A DNA stretch of 48,774 nt from Sulfurimonadaceae bacterium (lineage in GTDB: Bacteria; Campylobacterota; Campylobacteria; Campylobacterales; Sulfurimonadaceae), in contig JBFFUI010000013.1 of the NCBI GenBank assembly GCA_041571435.1, positions 1 through 48,774 of the forward strand. The letters are read 5' to 3'. Below, in pieces: positions 1 through 9,510 of this stretch (position 1 is the stretch's first letter; each line of letters starts with the position of its first letter). Under the pieces are notes generated by a model. It searched no databases and had not been told where the DNA came from. It worked only from the letters and a program-made list of their open reading frames with translations. The position numbers and the translations under genes are program-made.

Positions 1-120
1 AATGATCTCAAACAACTATTCCGAGCTACAACACGTAGTCTCTGTGTCTCTCTTTCAAGCGACTCATCGTTTGTGGACGGGAATTATAGAGAAGTAATAC
101 TTAGAGGTTCCTTACAACGT
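1..120 (-). promoter_or_regulatory. Leftward sigma70 promoter and leader, probably of an rRNA operon lying outside the window
   Basis: Minus-strand TATAAT at 88-83 followed by a GC-rich TCCCGTCCAC discriminator-like stretch. The transcript ends at the window edge in ...TTTGAGATCATT, which resembles the start of a boxA element. No ORF. The rRNA assignment is inference. Confidence 0.45.
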
Positions 121-357
121 GAAAGGATTTTTGAATTTCTTTTCCGTCTGTAAATTGCATACACTTTTACGGCATATTATGTTGCTCAATGTTGTAAAAA
201 TAGGCATGTTTTTTCAGTCCTTGGATCTCTATTATATAGAAAGCACAAAATCCCCCGAATCAGCTTTCTCAATATTTACTATTTATTGAAAAAAATAGTG
301 TATAGTGCTGACATAACAACAACCTGTTAGTACAGGTTTTATATAAAGGATATATTT

Positions 358-1050
358 ATGGGTCTATATGATCGTGATTATGCAAGAGAAGAGCTGGCTG
401 GTTATGGCCAGCGTTCTGAAACAAAGATTGTCTCTTTTGTCAAAGAGACCTACAAACTGTTTGCTGCCTCGTTAATGGCGGGTGCAGTTGGCGCCTATGT
501 CGGTATTCCGTTGGCATCTTTTATTCAAGCCTGGTTTATTCCACTGGTCATTCTTGAATTCGCCCTGCTTTTTGGTCTTTTTGCTGTTAAACGCAAACCT
601 GGTATCAATCTTGTCGTTATGTTCAGTTTTGTCTTTATGACAGGTTTGATGATCGCACCATTACTTACGTACACGCTTACCCTCTCCGGGGGTGCCAGTA
701 TTGTCGGTAATGCATTTGCAATGACTTCTGTGATCGTTGCCGGTATGAGTTACTTTGCCATCAAAACAAAAGCGGACCTTAGCAGCTACGGCAAACCTTT
801 GATGATCGCTCTTTTTGTTGTCATCGGATTCTCTATCGTCAACCTTTTCCTTGGAAACCCGCTGATTGCAGTCCTTATCTCTGCAGCTGTGGTCTTCTTG
901 TTCAGTATTTTGGTCGTTTACGATACACAGAACATCATGAACGGTGCTTATGAAACACCGATCGACGGTGCGATTGCCCTCTACCTTGACTTCTTGAATA
1001 TTTTTACTGCCCTGCTGCACCTTTTAGGTGTCTTTGGCGGCGAAGACTAA
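358..1050 (+). CDS. yccA: Bax inhibitor-1/YccA family membrane protein
   Basis: About 7 hydrophobic segments, C-terminal YDTQNI...AIALYLDFLNIF signature, AAGGA RBS. Confidence 0.9.
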   Translation: MGLYDRDYAREELAGYGQRSETKIVSFVKETYKLFAASLMAGAVGAYVGIPLASFIQAWFIPLVILEFALLFGLFAVKRKPGINLVVMFSFVFMTGLMIAPLLTYTLTLSGGASIVGNAFAMTSVIVAGMSYFAIKTKADLSSYGKPLMIALFVVIGFSIVNLFLGNPLIAVLISAAVVFLFSILVVYDTQNIMNGAYETPIDGAIALYLDFLNIFTALLHLLGVFGGED

Positions 1051-1058
1051 TTTCCTTT

Positions 1059-1078
1059 GCAGGGGCCTCGGCTCTTGC
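1059..1078 (+). terminator. Stem-loop after yccA
   Basis: GCAGGGGC-CTCG-GCTCTTGC (with G-U pairs); no strong U tract. Confidence 0.4.
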
Positions 1079-1173
1079 TGCATACTAAAAGTCCATCCTC
1101 TCCCCTCTTTTCAAAAATGTTATAATGTTATTTCCACAAGCTAAATAATTTTCAAAAAATAAAGGAAACAGTT

Positions 1174-1383
1174 ATGTCACGTTCAAATACCTCCAGCGTC
1201 GAGATGGAAGACGGAATAAAAATCGCATTTAAAGCCCGTACGAAAAAAAACACCTTTGGTACTGCCACCGATATCAATAGTAAAAAAGAGGCGGGAGAAC
1301 GTAAATCACTTTCCGCCGAACAAAAAGCCAAAGCCAAGAAAAAAGCCAAAATGGCAAAACAGTCAAAGCGTAAAAACAAATAA
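1174..1383 (+). CDS. Small, very basic hypothetical protein (69 aa)
   Basis: TGnTATAAT at ~1117-1125, AAAGGA RBS, Lys-rich C-terminus, stop codon 1 nt before the next ATG. Confidence 0.7.
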   Translation: MSRSNTSSVEMEDGIKIAFKARTKKNTFGTATDINSKKEAGERKSLSAEQKAKAKKKAKMAKQSKRKNK

Positions 1384-1384
1384 G

Positions 1385-1792
1385 ATGCCAACGCCCTTCG
1401 ATCCTTCGCTCTATCGTGTTATCGATGCCAACCTCAACCGTCTGAAAGAAGGTATTCGTGTTATAGAGGATATAGCACGATACGTGAGCAACAATAAAAC
1501 CTTGGCATCAAAACTCAAAGAGCTCCGCCATCAGAGCAGGATCGATGACCTGCAGAACCTGCTAAACTCCCGTGACAGTCTAAATGATGTCCTACGCCCA
1601 ACGGTTACAAGCGAGATGAACCGCGACTCGCTGGAGAGCATCATCATTGCCAACTATAAACGGGCCCAGGAGTCATCAAGAGTACTGGAAGAGATGTACA
1701 AAATCGTCCAGCCGGAGCTCTCTGAGAACTTCAAATCACTTCGCTATGCGCTCTATCAGCTTGAAAAAGAGAACTTGACCACTCTGGATTAA
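1385..1792 (+). CDS. Stand-alone ThiD2-type domain protein (N-terminal domain of long ThiE; often annotated thiamine-phosphate pyrophosphorylase)
   Basis: RVIDANLNRLKEGIRVIEDIARY and ANYKRAQESSRVLEE motifs; start placed at ATG 1385 rather than 1256. Confidence 0.8.
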   Translation: MPTPFDPSLYRVIDANLNRLKEGIRVIEDIARYVSNNKTLASKLKELRHQSRIDDLQNLLNSRDSLNDVLRPTVTSEMNRDSLESIIIANYKRAQESSRVLEEMYKIVQPELSENFKSLRYALYQLEKENLTTLD

Positions 1793-2484
1793 TTTGTGAT
1801 GAAGATCACTTCAAATTCCAAATAGTCCAACGGATAACTGTTCATCAACTGTTTCATCTCTTTATAGCCAAGCAGATTTCGATTGCCGCTGACGCCGCTT
1901 CGTTTGATATAACGAAACATCTCCCTTACCGAATCAAACGCCAGTTGGTACTGTACAACCTCTATCTTGGCATTGAAATGGCATTTTGCCATCAATTCGA
2001 CTTCATCACTGCTTCGCAACAGCGGTTCTACACCCGCCGTTTTAAAAAGAGTCTTGAAGGTACTACCGCCAAAGATCGCCAGGGATACAGGCGCTTTCAA
2101 CGATGCGATGTTGCGAAAGACATTCTCCAGGTCCTCTGCCCACTGTAACGCAGAAGCCGAAAAAATCCGGTCAAAATCAGAGCATGAAAGCTGCTTAAAA
2201 AGGGTTGCATCGTTAAAATCACCGTAAATACACTCCAGCACCGCCACATTGTCACCCTCTTTTGGATGCAGTTCCAGCATTCTTGGGGCAAAATCAACAC
2301 CGACAAAGTGGTCGACCTCCCAGTCAATAGCATTGAAGATCGCACCTTTCCCGCAACCAAGATCCAAAATACGCCGTGGATGTTCATTCAGGTCATCTAT
2401 GAGTTTTGCGACCACTTTCTCTTGTATGATGCTGTAGTTGCCGTACTGATCTGCATACCGTGAGAACTCGTTTTGAACCTTCAT
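1789..2484 (-). CDS. bioC: SAM-dependent methyltransferase, BioC-like (malonyl-ACP O-methyltransferase)
   Basis: FSRYADQY...IQ N-terminus, ILDLGCGKG SAM motif, SASALQW; near secG as in Helicobacter. Confidence 0.75.
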   Translation of the reverse strand: MKVQNEFSRYADQYGNYSIIQEKVVAKLIDDLNEHPRRILDLGCGKGAIFNAIDWEVDHFVGVDFAPRMLELHPKEGDNVAVLECIYGDFNDATLFKQLSCSDFDRIFSASALQWAEDLENVFRNIASLKAPVSLAIFGGSTFKTLFKTAGVEPLLRSSDEVELMAKCHFNAKIEVVQYQLAFDSVREMFRYIKRSGVSGNRNLLGYKEMKQLMNSYPLDYLEFEVIFITN

Positions 2485-3278
2485 CGGCGATTGGCAACCA
2501 GAGAGAAGATAAAGATAAACAGCAGCGCCAAGACAATGGTGGCACCGCTTGGAAGAGAGAAGAAGTAGGAGCTGCTCATCCCGACTATGACCGCTAAAAA
2601 CGAGAAAAGCAGTGCAATCGCCATGGTTTTAGCAAACCCCTGTCTGAAACGCAACGCGGCTACGGTCGGGATGACCATCATCGCACCGATAAGCAGTGTT
2701 CCGACAATTCGAATAGAGAGGGCGATGATGATCGCCACAATACTGACCAACATAAAGTTCAGCAAATCCACTTTAATGCCGCTTGTTCGTGCGACCTCTT
2801 CGTCATATGCGATAAAATAGAGCTCTTTATAAAAAAGCCCCAACAGTCCAAGTGCCGCAGCGCCAAAAAGAGACATGACGATCAGATCTTCTTCTGTCAC
2901 AGAGAGGATGGAGCCAAAAAGATAGGAAAAAAGCGAGCTGTTAAAGGCTCCGGCAAGCGAGACAATAATCACGGCCAGTGCCAATGAGCCTGAAAGGATG
3001 ATGGCAAGAACAGAATCGGAGTAGAGATGGAAACTGCTGCGGAGGTACTCAATAGTCCAGGCACTCACCAGCGCAGCCACTACTGCCATCCAGAGCGGGC
3101 TTGACCCGGATATGACACCGACAGCGACACCGACTAGTGCCGAGTGTGCCAATGTCTCTGTAATCATAGAATACCGTCGCAATACGATAAACGAACCGCT
3201 TATTGCGGCCAAAACGGCAATGATCATACCGGCAATAAAGGCACGAATGATAAAGTCATATTGAAACAGTTCTAACAT
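2481..3278 (-). CDS. znuB: Zn/Mn ABC transporter permease
   Basis: ABC-3 family motifs ETLAHSAL, YLFGSILSV, PSGATIVL. Confidence 0.88.
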   Translation of the reverse strand: MLELFQYDFIIRAFIAGMIIAVLAAISGSFIVLRRYSMITETLAHSALVGVAVGVISGSSPLWMAVVAALVSAWTIEYLRSSFHLYSDSVLAIILSGSLALAVIIVSLAGAFNSSLFSYLFGSILSVTEEDLIVMSLFGAAALGLLGLFYKELYFIAYDEEVARTSGIKVDLLNFMLVSIVAIIIALSIRIVGTLLIGAMMVIPTVAALRFRQGFAKTMAIALLFSFLAVIVGMSSSYFFSLPSGATIVLALLFIFIFSLVANRR

Positions 3279-3290
3279 CTTCGTCCTCGC

Positions 3291-4055
3291 TTAATGGTGA
3301 TGGTGGTGGTTGAAGATCAGGTGGGCATCTATGCCGTACAATACGCTCATATCTTCGCAGCTGATCGCCTCTTTGGGATTGTTGCACGTCAAGAGACTCT
3401 GGTTGACGGTAAAGAGCCGCCCGATATCATCAGCAATGACACCGATATCATGGGTAATGAAGACAATAGTCATGTTCTCATTTTGATTCAACTCTCTGAG
3501 CAGTTTGTAAAAACGCTGTTGCGACACTACATCGACACCGGTATTGGGCTCATCAAGGATCAGCACTTCCGGTTTTGATGCCAGGGCTCTGGCGATCATC
3601 ACGCGCTGACGCTGACCGCCGGAGAGTTCACCGATGAGCTTGCCCTGGATGTCAGAAACATCCATCTTGGTCATCGCTTCCGAAATAGCGTCCTTGTCCG
3701 CTTGCGTCAAACGTTTGAAAAGGCCCTGTTTAGCAGTCCGTCCCATCTTGACCACCTCCAGGACCGTAGCCGGAAAGTTTTCATCAAGCTGGGACGCACG
3801 TTGTGGTACGTAACCTATTTTTTCCCAACGCTTAAAACGGCTTAAGGACTGTCCAAAAAGTTTTATCTTACCTTTTGTCGGTTTTTCCAGACCGAGAAGA
3901 AGACGTATCAAGGTCGTCTTACCCCCGCCGTTTGGCCCGATAATGGCACAATAATCACCCGGCAGGATGGTCAAAGAGATATCTTCGAGTATCTTTTGTG
4001 CATTGGCGCGAAAAAAGAGGTTTTTCACCTCGAAGACCGGTGGAACGAACTTCAT
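3291..4055 (-). CDS. znuC: Zn/Mn ABC transporter ATP-binding protein
   Basis: Walker A GPNGGGKTT, IGYVPQR, LSGGQRQR, ILDEP, C-terminal His5. Confidence 0.9.
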   Translation of the reverse strand: MKFVPPVFEVKNLFFRANAQKILEDISLTILPGDYCAIIGPNGGGKTTLIRLLLGLEKPTKGKIKLFGQSLSRFKRWEKIGYVPQRASQLDENFPATVLEVVKMGRTAKQGLFKRLTQADKDAISEAMTKMDVSDIQGKLIGELSGGQRQRVMIARALASKPEVLILDEPNTGVDVVSQQRFYKLLRELNQNENMTIVFITHDIGVIADDIGRLFTVNQSLLTCNNPKEAISCEDMSVLYGIDAHLIFNHHHHH

Positions 4056-4981
4056 TCACATCTCATTGCGCGGGAGAGTTTGTCAAGATTGCTGGACATG
4101 CCGTCAATGTAGCTCATGCCCGATTCGGCTTGTGCCGCAGTAATATTGGCCAACGGCTCCAGATAGTCGAGCGTCACACCGTTTTCTCTGGCAAGGTTTT
4201 GCATCAGTCTGTCACTGACAAAGGCTTCGAAAAAAAGGACTTCAATACCTTTCTCTTTAATGGTTGTCGAAAGTCTTGCCATTGTTTGTGCGTCGGCCAA
4301 AGCGTCCGGGGAGAGACCCGTCAATGGCTCAACTGAAAAGTCGTATGCAGCCGCAACATAACCCAGTATATTATGGTGAAGGATCACTTCCCGTACCTGA
4401 CAATGCTGTAACCGTTTCCGATACGCTTCATCCAATTGGCTCAGTTCCTCAATATAGGTTTCCGCTCTCTTGTTATAGAGCACTTCATTGTCGACGTCTA
4501 TCTGAACGAACTCCTGGGCGATCCTCTTTGTCAGACGTTTCATGTTGCCTATATCAAGCCAGTAATGCGGATCGACGGCCTCTTCGCCGTGATGATGGTG
4601 ACCTTCGTGGCCTTCATGCCCATCATCTTCCCCCGCATTTCGAAGGCTGACATAGTGGCTCATATCATGCATATTGCCACCCTTTGCAAGATTTTCGATC
4701 CAGGGCTCAAGCTCCGCCCCGCTAAATAAAAAGAGGGCACTGTTTTGGATATCGATAACGGTCTTGGGCGTCGGTTCAAAACTGTGCACTTCAACACCGA
4801 AAGGAATAACCATCTTGACATCAATATTATTGCCGCCGATACGCTTGGCAATATCATACAGAGCGAACGTACTGACAGTGACCGTTGGAATCGTAGCCGA
4901 TGCCGTTTTCTTATGTTGTACAAAAAAGAGTGCAATAACAAATGACAATAAAACAATTGTTAACAAAACGACTTTTTTCAC
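4052..4981 (-). CDS. znuA: Zn/Mn ABC transporter substrate-binding protein
   Basis: HSFEPTP, His-rich loop GHEGHEGHHHHG, DPHYWLD; N-terminal anchor; GTG start. Confidence 0.88.
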   Translation of the reverse strand: MKKVVLLTIVLLSFVIALFFVQHKKTASATIPTVTVSTFALYDIAKRIGGNNIDVKMVIPFGVEVHSFEPTPKTVIDIQNSALFLFSGAELEPWIENLAKGGNMHDMSHYVSLRNAGEDDGHEGHEGHHHHGEEAVDPHYWLDIGNMKRLTKRIAQEFVQIDVDNEVLYNKRAETYIEELSQLDEAYRKRLQHCQVREVILHHNILGYVAAAYDFSVEPLTGLSPDALADAQTMARLSTTIKEKGIEVLFFEAFVSDRLMQNLARENGVTLDYLEPLANITAAQAESGMSYIDGMSSNLDKLSRAMRCE

Positions 4982-5131
4982 ATATATTCCCAGATCAAGC
5001 CCTTTTAGGCTCTTTAATGCTCTAATTATATCCTATTAACCTAGCAACTTCGAGTGCGGCAAGAAGCCTGCAAATCTCTTTTCAATTTTTTTCGCTATAA
5101 TTCGCCAATTATTCTTTTAGAAGGTCTTTAA

Positions 5132-5476
5132 ATGACAGGCATTTTGCTTATATCTCAAATCGTCTTGGTCGTGATTATTACGATTGCAGTTTTACTACAA
5201 AAAAGTTCAAGCATCGGTCTTGGCGCTTACAGCGGTTCTAACGAATCTGTTTTCGGTGCAAAAGGTCCTGGTAGCTTCTTGGCCAAGATGACATTTTTCT
5301 TCGGTTTTTTATTTGTTGTCAATACCATAACATTGGGTTACTTTTATGCTCAGGAGAGCAGCGCATCTGTTGTGGACAGTGTTACTGAGACAACTGATGT
5401 CGCTGCACCTGCAGCCGTGCAACTTCCGCCAGAGACGCAAGAAGCTCCTGCAGCAGAAACAAACACGTCAAAATAG
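5132..5476 (+). CDS. secG: Preprotein translocase subunit SecG
   Basis: VLLQKSSSIGLGAYSGSNESVFGAKG motif, two TM segments; gcTATAAT at ~5094-5101. Confidence 0.95.
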   Translation: MTGILLISQIVLVVIITIAVLLQKSSSIGLGAYSGSNESVFGAKGPGSFLAKMTFFFGFLFVVNTITLGYFYAQESSASVVDSVTETTDVAAPAAVQLPPETQEAPAAETNTSK

Positions 5477-5480
5477 AGTA

Positions 5481-6422
5481 ATGCGTAAGCTTCTTTTACT
5501 TACGCTTCTACCCCTCTATATCTGGGCTGATGCCCATCTTTTCGTCTTTCACCGCTTTGGTGATACAAGACACCCATCAACCAATACATCTATAAAAACC
5601 TTAAAAGCCGAGTTTGATTATCTTAAGAAAAACGGCTATGAAGTCATCTCGATGAAACGGCTGAACGAAGCCCTTAAGAAAGGTGAAGCGATCAGCGACA
5701 AATGGGTTATCTTGACTATTGATGACAGTTTCCAAAGTTTTTACCAAAACGCTTTACCTCTTTTTCAAGAGTACAACTACCCTTTTACGCTCTTTGTCTA
5801 TGTTCAGGGAACGGTTAAGAAGTACGGCGACTACATGACGTGGAAGCAGATCAAAGAAGCATCCAAATACGGCGAACTAGGTTTCCACTCCTACGGTCAC
5901 CCGCACCTTGCCTCTTTAAGCGATGCGAATATCCTTCAAGACACCAAAAAGGGTCTGGATATCATGCAAAAAGAGCTCGGTTTCAGGCCCAACTATTATG
6001 CCTACCCCTACGGCGAGTATAATGACCGTGTACGCAAAAATATAGAACAGTTCAATTTTGATCTGATCATCAACCAAAACGCAGGCGCTGTTGACAGAGA
6101 TAGTGATCCGCATGATCTGGACCGTACCGCATTGACAGGCGCAAACACGATTAAAGTCAAGCTGCGCAGCCGTACGATGCCAACCGAATGGATCTATCCG
6201 AAAGCTTGGCCGAAAAATGGTAAAATCACAACGATAAAAGCCAAGCTGCCTACAGAGATCAAAAAAGTCGAGTACTACATCTCGGGATACGGGTGGACAG
6301 GTGCCACTGTAAACAATGGCAAGCTTTCGGTGAAAACCGATAAACAACTGAAGATGAACCGCACACGAATTTTTCTGAAAAGCGGCGATCGTCAGAGCAG
6401 TATTATTTTAGTAAAACCATAA
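5481..6422 (+). CDS. Secreted polysaccharide deacetylase (CE4/NodB family)
   Basis: Signal peptide from ATG 5481, LTIDDS, HSYGH, YAYPYGE motifs. Confidence 0.85.
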   Translation: MRKLLLLTLLPLYIWADAHLFVFHRFGDTRHPSTNTSIKTLKAEFDYLKKNGYEVISMKRLNEALKKGEAISDKWVILTIDDSFQSFYQNALPLFQEYNYPFTLFVYVQGTVKKYGDYMTWKQIKEASKYGELGFHSYGHPHLASLSDANILQDTKKGLDIMQKELGFRPNYYAYPYGEYNDRVRKNIEQFNFDLIINQNAGAVDRDSDPHDLDRTALTGANTIKVKLRSRTMPTEWIYPKAWPKNGKITTIKAKLPTEIKKVEYYISGYGWTGATVNNGKLSVKTDKQLKMNRTRIFLKSGDRQSSIILVKP

Positions 6423-6432
6423 GGAGAACATA

Positions 6433-6990
6433 ATGATAAACGAAATTCTAGAAGAGTGTAAACTAAACATGGAAGGCTCTGTTGAGCATATGCGCCACAG
6501 CTTTAAAACATTACGTACGGGTAAAGTCATGGTCTCAGTACTTGACGGTATCAAAGTTGATTACTACGGTACGCCTACCGCACTTGACCAGGTCGGTTCA
6601 GTGATCGCAACCGATGCAACGACGATCGTCGTCTCCCCTTGGGAGAAACCGCTTGTCGCTGATATCGAAGCGGCTATCGCAAAAGCGAACATCGGTGTCA
6701 ACCCAAACAGCGACGGCGAGAAGATCATCCTCAACTTCCCTCCGATGACAGTAGACCAGCGTAAAGAGACGGTCAAAAAGATGAAGGGGATGGGCGAAGA
6801 TGCTAAAGTCTCTGTTCGTAATGACCGTCAAAAAGCCAATAATGAGATCAAAAGACTGGAAAAAGAGAAAGAGATCACTGCCGATGAGTCTAAAGCAGCG
6901 CAGGAGTCCGTTCAGAAGATCACTGACAGTTTTATCGCTACGATTGACGCGACACTAAAAGAGAAAGAAACTGCCATCTTAACAGTATAA
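6433..6990 (+). CDS. frr: Ribosome recycling factor
   Basis: [25 protein letters not shown] motifs; AAGGAG RBS. Confidence 0.97.
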   Translation: MINEILEECKLNMEGSVEHMRHSFKTLRTGKVMVSVLDGIKVDYYGTPTALDQVGSVIATDATTIVVSPWEKPLVADIEAAIAKANIGVNPNSDGEKIILNFPPMTVDQRKETVKKMKGMGEDAKVSVRNDRQKANNEIKRLEKEKEITADESKAAQESVQKITDSFIATIDATLKEKETAILTV

Positions 6991-7087
6991 TTTCGATACC
7001 TATCGAATACGGGAGTGGGAAGCGGGAAGCATGATTCCTCCCCCTGGCCGTTACCGCTTCCCGCGCTACCTCCTCAAAGGAAAAACA

Positions 7088-7699
7088 ATGGACGTTAAAA
7101 AAATATATATGGATGCCGAAGCGCTTTTAGAGGGCCACTTTAAACTCAGTTCCGGTAATCATTCACAGTTTTATCTTCAATCGGCAAAGGTCTTGGAAGA
7201 CCCGAAAAACGCTAAAGTCTTGGCAGAAGGTGTTGCGGCACAGATTGTTGAGAGCGGACTTGAGGTCGACACCATTTGTGCCCCTGCACTAGGCGGCCTG
7301 ATTGCCGGTTTTGCTTTAGCAACGGCACTTGACAAACGCTCAATTTTTGCAGAGCGTGTTGATGGAAGCATGACGATCCGCCGCGGCTTTGATGTCGCAA
7401 AAGGTGAGCGTGTCATGATCTGTGAAGACATCATCACAACAGGCGGTTCAGCGATGGAAGCGGCCGCAGCCATCGAAGCGATGGGTGGTGTAGTTGTCGG
7501 TTTTGCTGCCTTGGCAAACCGTGGTTTTTGCGCACGTCAAAATTCTGATGTGACTAAAAAACCCAACTGTAAACTGCCGGAGGGCGTACCGTTCTTTGCT
7601 CTCGAAGATTTTACCTTCGAGATGTACTCGCCAGAAGAGTGTCCTCTCTGTAAAGAGGGCAAAAGCGAGGCTATCAAACCCGGTTCGCGCGGGAATTAA
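7088..7699 (+). CDS. pyrE: Orotate phosphoribosyltransferase
   Basis: [15 protein letters not shown] motif [11 protein letters not shown]; start at ATG 7088 after AAAGGA. Confidence 0.95.
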   Translation: MDVKKIYMDAEALLEGHFKLSSGNHSQFYLQSAKVLEDPKNAKVLAEGVAAQIVESGLEVDTICAPALGGLIAGFALATALDKRSIFAERVDGSMTIRRGFDVAKGERVMICEDIITTGGSAMEAAAAIEAMGGVVVGFAALANRGFCARQNSDVTKKPNCKLPEGVPFFALEDFTFEMYSPEECPLCKEGKSEAIKPGSRGN

Positions 7700-7717
7700 G
7701 CACTATCTATATACGCT

Positions 7718-7743
7718 GCAGCGAACACGTTCTTCTTCGCTGC
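7718..7743. terminator. Hairpin between the convergent pyrE and antiporter genes
   Basis: GCAGCGAA-N10-TTCGCTGC perfect 8-bp stem. Confidence 0.5.
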
Positions 7744-7746
7744 TAC

Positions 7747-9372
7747 TTATTCATAGGTTGGTAGACTGCAGCGCATAGTTTTTTCGACCAAGATCCTGGC
7801 GACCTCTTCTTTGCCGTTGACCATAACACTGATAGGCAGCCCTCGAAGCATATGCTTCTCTGCGGATGAGACCACTTTGACGATGATATTGACCGATTTG
7901 CCATAGGGTGCGAGTGCTTCGCAGATCAACAGTTTTTTCTCAGGGTCATCAAGGGTCACTATGACCGCGGCGGCATCTTCAATATTCAAAGAGTCCAGTA
8001 TGGCCGATTTGGACATATCGCCGTAATAGATCTCTTCACCCACTTTCAGCGCCTTTCGTACCCGCGAATAGTTATAGTCAACCACAACATGTTCGATCCC
8101 CTCTTTCTGCAACTGTCTGGCTACCTTTTGACCGACCTGCCCGTAACCACAGACAATAATATGGTTCTTGCGCCCTTCAACCGCACTCAGATCACTCTGT
8201 TCTATCTCACCTTTTTTGAAAAGAATATCCTGCAGCCAACGTCGATTCGCCAACATAAAAGGGGTTGCGATCATGGAGAGGACAACAACAAGGACAAGCA
8301 CCTGTGAGACCTCCGAATCAAGCAGATTCTTGGCAGAAGCCAGAGCGAAGATCGCAAACGAAAACTCGCCGACCTGGGCCAATGTAACGGCTGTCTTAAA
8401 CCCTGTTACCGATTTTGAACCTAGCCCGATGATACCGTGAATTACGGCACCTTTAAAAAACAAAATAGCCACAAACAGCCCGACTATCATTAAAAAGTTG
8501 TCGTAAAAATAGACGAGATCAATTTTCATTCCGACCGTAACAAAGAAAACGCCAAGAAGAAGATCTTTAAAAGGGGCGATATCCGCTTCGACTTTGTGCA
8601 GATAGCGTGTTTCGGCAATAATCATCCCGGCGACAAATGCCCCCAATGAGTAGGTAAAGCCGGCGTAATGCGCCAACAGCGACGCCCCCACCACGATCAC
8701 CAGAACCGAGCCTAGAAAAAGCTCTTCCACTTTGCTGTCTGCCGAGAAGTGCAGTAGCCAGTTCATCACCCGCTTACCGACATAAAAGAGCAGACCGATC
8801 ACAATGACGGCACTTCCAATAGTCTCCAGCAGTACCAGTGTCAAGTTATCACCGTCACTGGCAAGAAAACCGATCATGATCAAGATCGGGATCACGGCAA
8901 TGTCCTGAAAGATTAAAATGCCGACCGAACGGCGTCCATAAGGTGCATAGATCCCCTTATTCTGCTTCAGGTAGGTCAATACTACAGCCGTCGAAGAGAG
9001 TGCCAGTGCAGAGCCTATTATGATCGAAGAGTCCAGTGCGATACCGAAAAGGTAATACGAGGCAAGGAAGAAGAGCATGCCGCTTAGTCCGACCTGCAGA
9101 GCACCGTTTAGAAAGACCAGCTTCTTCATCGATCGCAATGTACGTAGCGACATCTCCAAGCCGATGGTAAACATCAGAAAAACGATCCCGAATTCACCCA
9201 CCATCTCGAGGTCATGAGAATCTTTCATCTCATGCAGGTCAAACAGGTAGACAATGACCGTACCGGTCAAAATGTAGCCGATGATCTGCGAGATACCGAA
9301 CTTCTTCAGCACAAGATTAAAAATCACTGAAATGGCCAAGGCCAAAATAATGTAGCCTAAAATATTGTCCAT
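7747..9372 (-). CDS. CPA2 cation:proton antiporter with C-terminal TrkA-N (KTN) domain, KefC/KefB-like
   Basis: GIVFLMFTIGLE, ALSSTAVV, LIFQDI, AQVGEFSF, IIVCGYGQVG. Confidence 0.9.
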   Translation of the reverse strand: MDNILGYIILALAISVIFNLVLKKFGISQIIGYILTGTVIVYLFDLHEMKDSHDLEMVGEFGIVFLMFTIGLEMSLRTLRSMKKLVFLNGALQVGLSGMLFFLASYYLFGIALDSSIIIGSALALSSTAVVLTYLKQNKGIYAPYGRRSVGILIFQDIAVIPILIMIGFLASDGDNLTLVLLETIGSAVIVIGLLFYVGKRVMNWLLHFSADSKVEELFLGSVLVIVVGASLLAHYAGFTYSLGAFVAGMIIAETRYLHKVEADIAPFKDLLLGVFFVTVGMKIDLVYFYDNFLMIVGLFVAILFFKGAVIHGIIGLGSKSVTGFKTAVTLAQVGEFSFAIFALASAKNLLDSEVSQVLVLVVVLSMIATPFMLANRRWLQDILFKKGEIEQSDLSAVEGRKNHIIVCGYGQVGQKVARQLQKEGIEHVVVDYNYSRVRKALKVGEEIYYGDMSKSAILDSLNIEDAAAVIVTLDDPEKKLLICEALAPYGKSVNIIVKVVSSAEKHMLRGLPISVMVNGKEEVARILVEKTMRCSLPTYE

Positions 9373-9510
9373 AAACGATCCACTTTTTTACTATTATACC
9401 TTCTTGTATGCTGATTGCTCTTAGTCAATGCAAGCAAAAATAAGCAGTTTTTTTGAGATGCCTATAAGCACTGCTTAGATATAATCGCGTATTCTAAAAG
9501 GGAGCTCAAA

